Part shown: positions 35,858-47,400 of the stretch, piece by piece
How positions within the stretch are numbered: position 1 is the stretch's first letter
Layout of the letters: each line of letters starts with the position of its first letter
Source of the DNA: Leptogorgia sarmentosa
Taxonomy: Eukaryota
Length of the DNA: 64,000 nt
Reading direction: 5' to 3'
Assembly (NCBI GenBank): GCA_964658305.1
Contig: OZ210885.1
Coordinates: 24,366,001 to 24,430,000 of the forward strand
Notes under the pieces: model-generated
Database searches by the model: none
What the model was told of the DNA's origin: nothing
The model's input: only the letters and a program-made list of their open reading frames with translations
Position numbers and translations under genes: made by a program

Positions 35858-36874
35858 TATATATGATTCCCTTTGTTTTGTCTCATTACAAGCTACAAAA
35901 TCTATTTTTCAGGGATTGAATGTTTCAACCATTCTGTATGACGAAGCGCCAAAATATAGTGGGTATTCTGTGATCACAATGACACTGCGAGTCTGTGTGC
36001 AGTCCAAACATGTACAAATGTGCCAGTGCCAGCACGCTAAAGTATCGTAGGGAATATATACGAGCAATTTTGTCAAGACATAAACCTCTTCATAACGTGT
36101 ATAATATTTGCTGTGAGTGTTTAAGGTAATACAATGTATAATTTGCGTCATGATATTTCCGCTTTGATGATCTGAATTCCATAGCAAACCTCTTTAATAT
36201 CTTTAAAAGCAATGCCAATGTATAATTTGTGTCGTGATATTTTTGCGTATATGCATATAAATCGGCGGCATGCAGTGTCTCATTTCTATCCTACTTTTAA
36301 TAACCACGGCTCCAAACAACTCTGTATAAAATGGCGACAAAAGTATGATAGAAATGAGAAAAAAAGTACAATATTTTAAACGTTTTGCGAACTTGCTTGG
36401 TTCGAAGTATTTACAAATGGCGAACATGAGACATGACGCTGCATGAAGTCAACATCGGAAATTATCGACATGCGAAAAGCTCTGCTCTGATTGGCTACAA
36501 GCTAACAGCACGAAGCTCTGATTGGCTAGAAGCCTGGTTACAGTTACAGCTAACAACACAATGGCAACATATCTGCTTACGCAGATACAAAAAAGAGTTC
36601 AGAATTTTAATAAAATGAAACATCGTTTTATGAATCTAAACCACCATATTCTAAATTTACCTCACCATTTCCTAAATTAATTGGCCTGAATTTTGGCGGT
36701 GATGGCACCTCATACTTATCACGCTACCTGTGAATAGAGTTATAAAATGAAAACTTCGTTACTCGTTATAGCAGTTTGCTGTTTGATCACGTCAATCTTA
36801 AGGTGTCTACTAGCGAAGTATGGCCATACAAGACGCAAATCCCAACTCGGCAAAAACCGTCCCCAACACGAACA

Positions 36875-37050
36875 GTAAAGGCTGATGCTAACATTGATCC
36901 TGACAGTAATAAACACTAACCCAAACATTGAACACTAACCGAACGGTAAAGGCTGACCCTAACAATGAACACTAACCGAACGGTAAAGGCTGACCCTAAC
37001 AATGAACACTGACCCTATCAGTAAACACCGACTCGAACATTAAACACTGA
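36875..37050. repeat. Degenerate ~37-bp tandem repeat (aacactaaccgaacggtaaaggctgaccctaacaatg)
   Basis: Two exact copies plus flanking degenerate copies. Confidence 0.75.
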
Positions 37051-37534
37051 CGTCATTATTCTCACTTCGTATCATGATTACAAGTCATAGTTTCAAAAGT
37101 GGACAGGTATTCTATAATCCAGCCATGCATTTTTTGGAATCTTTGTTTTATAAGCTTTCTATGATGCATAACATGTGAAAATACTGATGAATTACCAGGT
37201 ATTCAAACACAGTTGGTCATTATTTGAACAGTTTAGGTAAACCCCCACCTTAAAAGTAAGCAGAATTCATGTACTGCATAAAATATAACATCCTGTTCAC
37301 AGTATATATATAGATAAATTTTATTTATTTAGCCTAATGACCTGATATAAGGGCCTGTGCCCTATGTGCTAGGTAGATTGGGTCATTGGGGTGAGAAGGG
37401 GGGTGGGGGGCAGGCAGGTGAGAAATCCTGTCCTAATTAATTAGCCTGTGTTATTATATTATGTTATTGTTACTATATTAAGAATAACAGTATTGTAATG
37501 ACAAATAGTGATAGTGTATGATAATTTAATATAG

Positions 37535-38085
37535 GACCATTGGTGATGGAAATTGCTTATATAGAGCCATGTCCAAATTACTATGTGGCAAGGATGATCT
37601 CCATGAATTATTGAGGGTTTGACCAGCATCGAACTGTATAGCAACCAAGAGTTTTATGCCTTTCACCCTTATGTTAAGGACAAGACTAATTTTTTCAAGT
37701 AAGAGAATACGACTTTCACTGCATCTGATGCTGCATTAGGTGATGGGTATGACCGTAAAAATCCCAACAGCAGGGTTGGTAGTGCTGAGACGAGAGGCAG
37801 TGCAAAATGCTACAATTGGAACCTTTGCCTCGCTGATGTGTGTATTGCTTTGTCATCTGTCACTGGAATGAACATCATTTCAGTTTACCCAGGAGTTAGA
37901 TCAAGAGACCAAGTACTCCCAATTTCAAATTGGAACTGTATTTCCCAGAAGATGCCACAAAAAAATTTCAGAAAAACTTGCTCAAAATGTAAAGCTCTTC
38001 GTAGTGTGGACAACTAACGGTATTGTTACTTTACCTGGATTCAGTGAAGACTTCCAACCCAACCATTTTGTACCGCTTTTAGAGT
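37535..38085 (+). pseudogene. OTU-family (vertnin-like) cysteine protease domain, frameshifted
   Basis: After an AG acceptor: TIGDGNCLYRAMSKLLCG...HELLR, SIELY.NQEFY, ALSSV.G..I.SVYP, and FQPNHFVPLL (catalytic Cys and His boxes). Confidence 0.8.
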
Positions 38086-39286
38086 TTAACTCCAAAAATA
38101 TAAATAAAAAGATAGGACCTCCCAGCAGCAAAAAATTACTGACCATTTTCCATCTCATTCTGGAAAGAAAGAAGACAATATTGACTTAGAAGGTAAGGTA
38201 ATTAGAATTTATGTACATATATATTCTTGTGGAATGTTATAACACCCATTCAAAGACGTATTTTTGCTGTTATTTATTCTTACAATCATGTGTGGTAATA
38301 GAGTGTGTTCTACCTATGTCTGTAAATTTCTAGACCAAATAGAACGTAAAAGTTCAATATTCTTCAATCTGCAGGTACTATATTTCAACAATATATTCTT
38401 TAAAATGTCACATTAAATTTAACACTTAGGGGTGTGTGAAGGTCAAGAATTGGCAGAAGATTTAGTGGAAAAAGTGAGATGCAGTGAAATTCATAAAACT
38501 CCCCCAGCAGCAGAGGATATTGCAAATCATTAAAGTCCCATTAATATTACTGAAGTGAATTGTGATCCTTTTAGGACCACACTAAAACATGAGTTACAAT
38601 AATTTTGGTTGTTGCATTTTGTTGTTTAATCGTTGGTCCTGGTTATGTTATTCCAAATTTCATGATGGAGCGTTTTGTCTTTCTTATGTTCTGTTTGGTG
38701 AGAACAAATCAAAATTACATAAATCCGACGCGTAACATCAATGCCTCATCCAATTCAAATTCTGAAATGTTATAACTTTGTTTTGTAATGTCAGCCACAT
38801 CTTTACACACTTTCCTTACTGTTCACATATTCTCCAAAAGTTCGGTAAATGCTTCACAGTTCGCACTGCTTGTGTGGTTTTCATAGTAAATCCATGGTTT
38901 AAAATTGTTACTACTTGAAATCGCGGTATTTATCGGTCTTCAACACAACAACATAGATGATAGATTTATCACGTCTCTCAGTTACCTTTGCCTGATGCAC
39001 AGCAGAGTCTTGTTTAAAATTCATCTACTCCCGCCTATCGCGCACCATAGTACAATATGAATTTTGCATAGGTTGAAATTCTTCTTTTCAACAGCACTCA
39101 TCAACAGTGCACTAGCTAGTGGTCATGGCATGATCTCACTTAAGCCTAGTTCTCATATGTCGCCGATGGTCTGCGACTATCGGCGATGCGTGAAGACGAC
39201 TAGTTCTCATATGTCGCCGACCTTAGTGAGCCGATGGTCTGCGACAATGTGAGTTTCCTGGCGGGAAACTCCGCGTTTTCAAAAAC

Positions 39287-40624
39287 ATGGCGACCATTGA
39301 TATACATGTGATCTTATCTGCATGTTGTCAGTTGATATTGGCCCTTTTGAGGAAAAAGAGGTCACTTCTATTGACGAGAAAACCCAGAAAAAGACGATTT
39401 TGGGTTAGGAGAATGTTAAAGCAAAGAAAACAACATAGTCAGTATCATATTCTTGTCGAAGAATTGCGATTATACGACAGAAAATATTTTTTCAAGTATT
39501 TAAGGATTAGTCCCGAGAGATTACAGAGGCTTGTTGAACTTGTTGCTCCCTTCATAGCCAAAAAAAAATGCCGAAGCCGAGAAACACTATCGCCTGCAGA
39601 AAGGTTGGTGGTAACTATTCGTTATTTGGCAACAGGTGACTCCCAGCAGTCCCAAACGTTTAATTTTCGTCTTGGCAAAAGCACTGTTTGTAATATTGTG
39701 AGGCAAACTTGCCAAGGTATTTGGGATGCTTTAAATGAATCCTTTCTGAAACCTCCGAAGACCGCGGGTGAATGGAAAAAAATTGCACAGGGAATGTTTG
39801 AAGATTGGGACTTTCCAAATTGCTTGGGTGCCTTGGACGGAAAGCATATTGCAATTGAGTGCCCGCCAAATAGCGGGTCTGAATTTTATAACTATAAGAA
39901 ATTTTTTAGCATTGTTCTGATGGCGATGTGTGATTCCAAATACTGTTTTACACTGATAGATCTGGGAGCAAATGGCAGGGAGAATGATGCACATATTTTT
40001 AACAACTCAGACATGTGTCGAGCAATTGTCAACAATGAATTAGATATTCCTGGCAGTAGCTTTATCAGAGGTCACAAATTACCATATGTAATTGTTTCTG
40101 ATGAGATCTTTGGCCTTAAGCCTTGGTTGATGAAGCCATATGGCGGTAATGGTTTGCTTCAGGCAGAGGAGATTTTCAACTATCGACTAAGCCGTTGTCA
40201 CCGTACAATTGAGAACACATTTGGCATCCTCTGTGCACGGTGGAGAATATTTAGACGTCCTATTAGAGCAAAACCTGAAACTGTTGATGTTATTGTAAAA
40301 GCATGTGTGTGTCTTCACAATTACCTGCAGCTTACTTACAATGCCCACTATGTGCCAGTAGGCTTTGTAGATCATCAACATGATAATGGTGACATCATTC
40401 CTGGTGACTGGCGACAGATGACTGTTGAAGATACTGGTGCAATGCAGGCCTTAAGAGTTGGAAGAGCCCACAACAGATACTCTTTTGATGCAAATGCAGT
40501 CCGAAAAAAATTCAAAGACTATTTTGTCAGCCGAGAAGGAACTGTCCCATGGCAGACGAAACATGTTACCAGTGTGGGAGAACAATTACCAGTACCCGAG
40601 GCAATTGAAATCGAGCAAGAATAA
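39287..40624 (+). CDS. Harbinger DDE transposase (445 aa)
   Basis: RYLATG, FPNCLGALDGKH, FYNYKKFFS, VSDEIF, FNYRLSR.HRTIENTFGIL..RWRIF, ACVCLHNYL. Confidence 0.93.
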   Translation: MATIDIHVILSACCQLILALLRKKRSLLLTRKPRKRRFWVRRMLKQRKQHSQYHILVEELRLYDRKYFFKYLRISPERLQRLVELVAPFIAKKKCRSRETLSPAERLVVTIRYLATGDSQQSQTFNFRLGKSTVCNIVRQTCQGIWDALNESFLKPPKTAGEWKKIAQGMFEDWDFPNCLGALDGKHIAIECPPNSGSEFYNYKKFFSIVLMAMCDSKYCFTLIDLGANGRENDAHIFNNSDMCRAIVNNELDIPGSSFIRGHKLPYVIVSDEIFGLKPWLMKPYGGNGLLQAEEIFNYRLSRCHRTIENTFGILCARWRIFRRPIRAKPETVDVIVKACVCLHNYLQLTYNAHYVPVGFVDHQHDNGDIIPGDWRQMTVEDTGAMQALRVGRAHNRYSFDANAVRKKFKDYFVSREGTVPWQTKHVTSVGEQLPVPEAIEIEQE

Positions 40625-41123
40625 AAGAAGACAGAAGCAGCATAAGAGAACAATTATTAAATACCAATTACTTTTCATGATTACATAACAAGTTTAATTC
40701 AGAGTTTATAAGATCTCAAGAGATCATTTTAAAAATACATTATATAATAACTTACTTGCAAGTAAGAACATGTTAACTAATGTAAACAAAAACAGTTAAA
40801 AATTACACATTATAGCAAATACTAATTTGATCATACACAAACAATAACTTTTTGAATTTCCTCTCTATGCCATGTTCTCATTGCAATCTAAGATTGTGCA
40901 TTAACTTTTTGTGTATGACTGTTCTGGCAACTAATTTTAAAGCAACTAGCCTAGCTTTAACAGAACTGAGATTGTGCAGAAAGCTGTTTCTGTAACAGTA
41001 ACAGTAAAAACTAACAAAAAATGTACATGGGTAGTGTATCACACTGGAAGTCCTTTTCTAACCAAATGTTTGTTTGTTTAATGGTGCAAAACCAGAAGTC
41101 ATGCCAAATGCAGAAATATCAGT

Positions 41124-41993
41124 CTAGGAATTTCCATATTCAATTTGAAAGAAAATGTTTTCAATTGAGTTTCTTACCATAGCTTTTTTCTGTGGACTTA
41201 GTCGTCTCAGTCTTGGTGCTAAACTTAGACAAAATAAGGACTCTTCATCCATTTCATGGGCAGCAGGTTGCTTGTTTTGTTGACCTAACAACTCTAATGA
41301 TTTGTCAAATCTTTTCATTGCTTTTATTTGATCATCAGTATCCTTTAATTGTATTTTTTGAGATTTCTTTGCTCCTATCCAATTTAATCCACTTTCCATA
41401 TCCTTTCTCTTTCTATACTTTGACTTTATATGCTGGTCATATGTTTGGCTATTTTCTGGGTCATCATTATCTTGAGCATTCAACAAACTCTTATTTTCCA
41501 CTTGACTTACTTTTTCGTTATCTGAAACTAAGGATAATTCATCCGTGGCATCAACACTTAATTCGAACTCGGAACCCATGTCTGACAAAGATCTCCCAGT
41601 ACTAGCTTCTTCAATGGCCGATACATTTATGTTACTTGCACTTTCACGAGTTTTTATATGAGTTATCAGCCACCTAAGATGTTCAAACCGAGGATCAATA
41701 CCGCCAATATCAGATAAACCAGATCCAGATTTTCCTTTTTGCTTAGATAAGTACCTTGTAAACGATGTACGAATTGTTTTGTATCTCCGTTCAGCTTCCT
41801 GTGTTGTTGTGTTCAGCAATCCAGCTATCGCCTTCCAACAGTTTTCTTTCTTCCTTTTATTGCGAAAATCTTTGCTTTTTTTGTTGTATATCGTTGGAAA
41901 CTCTCGAATCAACACCATGAAATCGATATCACTATCTATTGCCGATTTGGCAATAGCAACAAGCCTAGCCTCTCGCTCATCTTGATCCGCCAT
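41124..41993 (-). CDS. Harbinger accessory MADF + BESS-like DNA-binding protein (about 289 aa from MADQDERE)
   Basis: LIREFPTIYN...W..IA...RRYKTIRTSF...L.WL (MADF); FCLSLAPRLRRL...IFFQIE (BESS-like); start codon lies inside the TIRs. Confidence 0.85.
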   Translation of the reverse strand: MADQDEREARLVAIAKSAIDSDIDFMVLIREFPTIYNKKSKDFRNKRKKENCWKAIAGLLNTTTQEAERRYKTIRTSFTRYLSKQKGKSGSGLSDIGGIDPRFEHLRWLITHIKTRESASNINVSAIEEASTGRSLSDMGSEFELSVDATDELSLVSDNEKVSQVENKSLLNAQDNDDPENSQTYDQHIKSKYRKRKDMESGLNWIGAKKSQKIQLKDTDDQIKAMKRFDKSLELLGQQNKQPAAHEMDEESLFCLSLAPRLRRLSPQKKAMVRNSIENIFFQIEYGNS

Positions 41994-42278
41994 CTTGAAT
42001 TTCTTGTCGGCGACTGTCGCAAAAAACAAACTTTTTTGTTTGTTGCGATGCTGTCGCTGATGCTCGCCGCTCGTCGGCGATATAGCTTTATAAATGTTCT
42101 CATATATCGCCGATGTCGCCAACCGCTCATCGCAGACCATCGGCGACATATGAGAACTAGGCTTAACATGTGACTTGACTATACAGCTATCCCTGTTCAC
42201 AACTTCACCATGACAGAAGTATTTGCCCATCTTATATGCTTTCAGGATGAAATTGTATTCCTTTTGACTAGAAACGTT

Positions 42279-42536
42279 CAGTGGTGGATTTAGAGGGGGT
42301 GCGCACCCCAGGCTTTTGTCAACAGGGGTGCATGGGGGGGAATGGCGTTCTGCACCTGTGAAACATAAAACAGTGTGCAAGAACCTAAAAGTTTTCCAAA
42401 TGTGTTCTCAGAATGCAGGAAATGCCATTTCAAAGATCCAAATTTATAACATTTTCTCCGCCCAAATTTCCCGCTTGCGGCGCACGGTCTGTATTTGTTA
42501 GCACCCCCCAAAAAAACCTTCCCGGACCCACCACTG
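42279..42536. mobile_element. hAT-type MITE
   Basis: CAGTGGTGGAT...ACCCACCACTG with perfect 8-bp TSD GAAACGTT. Confidence 0.85.
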
Positions 42537-43819
42537 GAAACGTTGACATAGTTAAAAATCGATTCAAATTTCTGCAGCCTTTCCCCAGCAAGTCAACAGC
42601 AAATTGTGACAATCGCGCCCATGACTTGCTCTTGTTGATTGGTATGGTCGTTGCATTGAATAAATCAAATGATAAATTACAATAGTACCTGGTACCTAAA
42701 ACATCATCCTCTTTACCTGCTAAGGTAACAGACCGATGTTTGGTAATGAACTGTGTGTTGAATGCAAAACATTTTACTCCCATATCAACACATTCTTTTT
42801 CCAACAAAGACAAGTACGCCTTAATGGACGTTTAACCTTATTTTAAAGTGCACGTAAATTCAGTCTATTGTCTCACAGAAACTATATTAGGTAAAATTTA
42901 TTCAGTAAAAAACAGACGTTGTTAACTCAATCCACGTTCAGCATTGAGGCCGTTTAAAAGTTCGCCATCGCTGCTCGATGTATTCGGATAGGTAACAAAA
43001 AACTAAAATCGAAGATAAAGAAATACATGCATGCTAAACTATAAAATGTAGACATGAATGCAGGAAGTGATAAATACACAAGTACGTACATCTGTGTCCG
43101 TTTAAGGTGAAGCAAGTTCGTTTAACCTTTAACTCGACTTCGATCGTTATACTGTCTTATAACAAAATGAAATGCCTTCTGTTCGACTTCGTATCGTATG
43201 GTCAACTAACTAGTTAAATTTTCTAGCAAGTATTTAACGCCTTACAAAATGTCCAATATCAATCATGCATAACAAACCATAATTTGCCTAATAGTCATTT
43301 AATGAATTTTATACTTAATTTTCACGCCATAACACTTATAACTAAAAACTTGAAAAACTGTAAAATAAGGAAAATCCTTTGCCACAGCTTGAAAGAGCAT
43401 CTTCAATTCAGTAAAATTGCAAAGTTTGGTTGTGAAATATTGTAAAGTAAGGAAAATGACATTGTGAAATTGGCAATTTTTGTATATTTTAGTATTACGC
43501 ACGGACAAACGTTACCCATGCGCGAAAGTGTAATACAATTTTTTTGAACGTTTGAACAAAAAGAGTTTTGAAGAAGAGTTTTGAAATCTCATCTCCTCCG
43601 TTCAGATCATATCCCTGTTTGCCTTGAATATATATATGTTTGGAATCGAGGCATCGCACAGATCGTAAAAATGTATTTTTTTTGCGTTGGGTAATGAACA
43701 ATGGGTATAATAGTCCCAAGACGGAGGACAGCAGTATTTAAGAAGCGTGGTATAGGAGAGTGCCATTCGAGGTATTCTCTCAAAGCCAATAACATAAAAC
43801 CAAAAATTTTTTTTTCAAC

Positions 43820-44630
43820 ATGGCTACGACATCAGACGTGGAAAGAGAGTTATTGCAAAACGATTCTGAACAAACGGTTGCTGAGCACTCTTCGCAGATT
43901 ACTACACAGATCAACCTACTTGATTCCAAGCTAGAACAAAAGTTCTCAGGCTTTAAGCACTGCATGGAGGACAAAGATGCTTATCACGACTCCAAGATCC
44001 AGAAAATTAAGTCAGAAGCCAAAGCATCGAGCTCGTTTAAGTTCCGAGGAAACTGTGTCCAATTTAAGTTCAATAACGACGTTTTGGATGGCGTCTCTAA
44101 GTCTGTAAAAGCTATCACAGATGGTGATAATGATGGCCAATGCTCTGCTTCACAACCTAACGGATAAGTTGCATAAACGCAATAAGCTGATTCGTTTTGC
44201 AGACAAAAGCCCAGCTGGTTGGAACGCCATGGATGAGTATGAATCAGATGAATTAGCGGATAATTCAGAAGATGAAAAGAAACTTCGCTCTGCTGAACGA
44301 CTTGCCCTATCAAGAATGAAATTTAAGGGTGGTCAGTCCAAAACGGCAAAACCAACAGTCACATCAACACGGTCAGCTCCCAATCCTACACAACTCAGCA
44401 ATACAGATTGGCCTACGCTCTCTCAACAGCCCTTTCGAGGTTACTCCCGTTCCTTTCGTCAATACGGACAGTTTTCTCCCTCGGACAAATGCTTCAGCTG
44501 CGGGGCGGACACTGGGCTGGTTCGACCAAGTGTATCAACTTCTACGGTACAAACCATACGACAAACACATCGAGACAAACAAGCACAAATTCTCCTTGAA
44601 AAGGGCCATAAATTGGCTGCAGGACAATAG
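43820..44630 (+). pseudogene. Gag-like ORF remnant of a DIRS/Ngaro-type retroelement
   Basis: FKFRGN..QFKFN, RNKLIRFADKSPAGW..MDEY..DELADNSEDEKKLR, CCHC-like knuckle CFSCG..HW....C; frameshifted. Confidence 0.6.
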
Positions 44631-44799
44631 CGCTGTCCACAGTAGCTAAAAATAGATTCCGGAAATGAAGACCCCCCGCGAGACTCAGACAAACAAACTA
44701 TCATTTTGTATAGAATTGTACTAGCAGCGAGCACAAATTGTCGTCTTTATTTATTTTATCTGTGCTTAAACAAATTCAAATATATCCCAAATTACAAAC

Positions 44800-46369
44800 A
44801 TGGTAAGTACTAAGCACTGTTGCTGGGGAACCTGTCCAAGTGACTCGAGATACCCAGAAAAACTGCCGAAATCGCTGCAAGAAATGAAAGCTTCTGGGCA
44901 AAAGGTGTTCATACCTTTTCCAAAACCGTCGCAGGGAATTGAAAAGTCTCGTCGCTGGATTTCAGCATGTTCGCGGAAAAACTTTGATGTGTCAAATATA
45001 ACTAGAAACACATATATTTGTGCAGTTCATTGGCCAGGCGAGAAAGGGCCCACAGATAAACACCCAGACCCATTGAAAGCAACGTTGACTCCAAGCGAAT
45101 TAACAGCAAAGGCTTCCTGCACAAAGAGAAAGGCGCCTAAAGAAAGGTCATTTTAAATTTCGAAGAAAATGAAGGTGGAAAGTCCGGAACAGACGACAGA
45201 AACAAGCTCTCTTCCTGATAGTGACACTGAAGTAGCTCAACTCGATCAACTCGAGGGGGAGCAGGAATATGTAAGTACTTTTGGAACAACAATAACAAAT
45301 AAGGAAACTCAAAGTGATTACTCGAAGTACGAGCTGTCGGCTAAAATTGAAACGATATTGCTGCGAAACGAAGTCAATACTGCAAAACCGTCTGACGATA
45401 TAAATATAATACCGAGTTTGTCTTACGAAAACATTAGTAAAACTTCTTCGTCGATGAAGCATTTTACTGGGCTGGAAACTGAACAGTTTGAAGCTTTATA
45501 TTCATTTCTTGACAGTGTTTGCCCATTGGATAATATCGTGTATACTACGTCTAATGCAAAACAATCGCAAGCACCACACACAACCAAGAAGAAAGGGCCA
45601 GAGAAAAAAAATGTCTAATCGTGAGAAACTCTTTATTTGTCTCGTGCAACTGAGAAGAGGTTTCACTTTAAGAACTATGGCTATACTTTTAAGTTCCCCT
45701 GCAAGATGTATTGAAAGAACAACAATAAGCAAAATTTTTACAACATTTATACAGTTAATGTACAAAGTATTTAGAGATATGGAGGAGGTGATGTTTCCAC
45801 CTAGGTGTGTTATGTTGAGATATTTGCCGAGGGTGTTTAAAACAATGAGGAAAATTCGGTGTGTTTTCGATTGCACTGAGTTTTCGGTACAAACATCACG
45901 TAATTTTGCCCGGCAAGGGAACACATATTCATCTTATAAGCACACGAATATTTTTAAGTGCTTGATTGCTGTTACACCAAGTGGAGGTGCATGTTTTGTG
46001 TCGGATCTCTTCGAAGGGGACATTGATGATGTGCGAATTTTTGAAGAGTGTGGAATTTTGAAACACATAAATCCTGATGATATAGTCATGGCAGATCGTG
46101 GATTCACTGTTCAGCATTTATTGAATCCGTTACATGCTCAACTGAAAATACCATCCTTTCTCAAAGGAAGGGAAAATCTTAGTGCTGCTGAGGAACTTGA
46201 ATCAAGGAAGATTGCAAAGGCAAGAATTCATGTGGAACGTTTTAATGAGCGCCTTAAGCAGTTTCGCCTTATTGGAAGAAAGATACCATTATCGCTTTCT
46301 CCCATAGCTACTCAAATGGTAGTAGTTGGTTGTGGACTGGTAAACTTCCAGACAGTCTTATGCAAGTAA
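44800..46369 (+). pseudogene. THAP + HTH + DDE (ISL2EU/IS5-like) transposase with a stop and frameshifts
   Basis: HCCWGTC...FPKP...W...C...[42 protein letters not shown]. Confidence 0.82.
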
Positions 46370-46882
46370 GTGTAATTTTGTTACTGTCATGGCACAGATA
46401 TGGCTGTTACAATTAGGCTTGGGCAGTTTTCGAATATAAGTGAAACTGTAAAACCAATTTTGAAATAAAACTTTTTCCCAGTATTCCGAAAAACCGCCTC
46501 AGCCTAATTACAATAAAAACCATGTTCAGTTAGCCTGTTAAGCCATAATAAACCTAAATCTTCCCTCCTTTATTCTTTCACTCTGTCTAATGACAGACAA
46601 TTTTACTCCTTAATCAGAGGGTCTTGTGCTTTAATGAATTACCTGAACAATCAGCCAAATGAATGTGTCTTGTTTAAGCCGCAATGCACCCCAATCCCCC
46701 ATTGTTTATTTTACTCAACTGTCTGACACCAGATGACTTTACTTAATTGCCAGACATAGTATTATGTTTTAACAGGTTTGGGCCAAGTAAAAAAAACTTA
46801 AGTTTCCTCACCCCACCTAGTTTTTGGTCATAATCCTTGATTCTATAGCTTTAAATAAGTATTCTATATACATACATATATA

Positions 46883-47071
46883 AAATAAATTAAAGCACAA
46901 CGACTCAACAAATTCCACTAGGCATCTTTATTACCATTTAGTTTCGTACCACAAGATGTGGCACTCATCAGATAAATTAGCCCTGATGAGTGCCACATCT
47001 TGTGGTACGAAACTAAATGGTAATAAAGATGCCTAGTGGAATTTGTTGAGTCGTTGTACTTTAATTTATTT
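46883..47071. repeat. 89-bp inverted repeat with 11-nt spacer (inverted Penelope pLTR copies)
   Basis: 46883-46971 vs 46983-47071, one mismatch; TA-rich flanks. Confidence 0.88.
46927..46976 (-). ncRNA. Minimal type I hammerhead ribozyme in a Penelope-type repeat
   Basis: Minus strand: TTTAT-CTGATGA-GTGCCAC(ATCTT)GTGGTAC-GAAA-C(TAAATG)G-TA^ATAAA; core boxes and stems I, II, III present. Confidence 0.8.
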
Positions 47072-47257
47072 AATTATGCTCTGGGTATCCATTGAGCACT
47101 CTGCCAAAAGTTTTTGTATACAACGAAACATAATTCTACATACATATATATATATATATATAGCAGTGCAGTTAAAATCATATGCAGAGAGTGCTCGATA
47201 CCGAAGTAGAGCGGAATAGTAGAAGATTCAAACTTGAGTTATTTCATAAGCTTTATT

Positions 47258-47313
47258 AACACTACAAATTTGTTTCGTATGGTAGGCTAAGCCTACCACA
47301 CTCGTCAGGTGTT
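47258..47313 (-). ncRNA. Minimal type I hammerhead ribozyme in the 3' pLTR of the Penelope element
   Basis: Minus strand: AACAC-CTGACGA-GTGTGGTAGG(CTTAG)CCTACCATAC-GAAA-C(AAATTT)G-TA^GTGTT. Confidence 0.85.
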
Positions 47314-47400
47314 GATCGCTAATGATGTTATGCCTATAAGAAACTTGATAGTATGTTTACATGACGTCATGCTAAAGATATGTGCGGAATAACAAATTAG

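Larger units (their letters stand above)
13642..36709. mobile_element. Harbinger-type element shell (about 107-bp TIRs) expanded to 23 kb by nested insertions
   Basis: 13641-13748 is the reverse complement of 36603-36710 with about 2 mismatches; flanks TAA/TCA; Myb/SANT gene just inside the left end. Confidence 0.75.
39143..42163. mobile_element. Apparently intact autonomous PIF/Harbinger transposon
   Basis: TIR agcctagttctcatatgtcgccgatggtctgcga and its exact reverse complement, TTA/TAA flanks, two convergent open ORFs. Confidence 0.93.

Noticed and set aside
36900..37050. Telomeric repeat
   Set aside because: Only isolated ccctaac words within a 37-bp unit; no (TTAGGG)n array
39287..40624. 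Host gene HARBI1/ALP1
   Set aside because: Lies within TIRs beside a MADF partner gene, so it is a transposon ORF
41994..42380. N-terminal 129 aa of the 418-aa ORF
   Set aside because: Chance read-through across the Harbinger TIR, flank and a hAT MITE; the likely start is 41993
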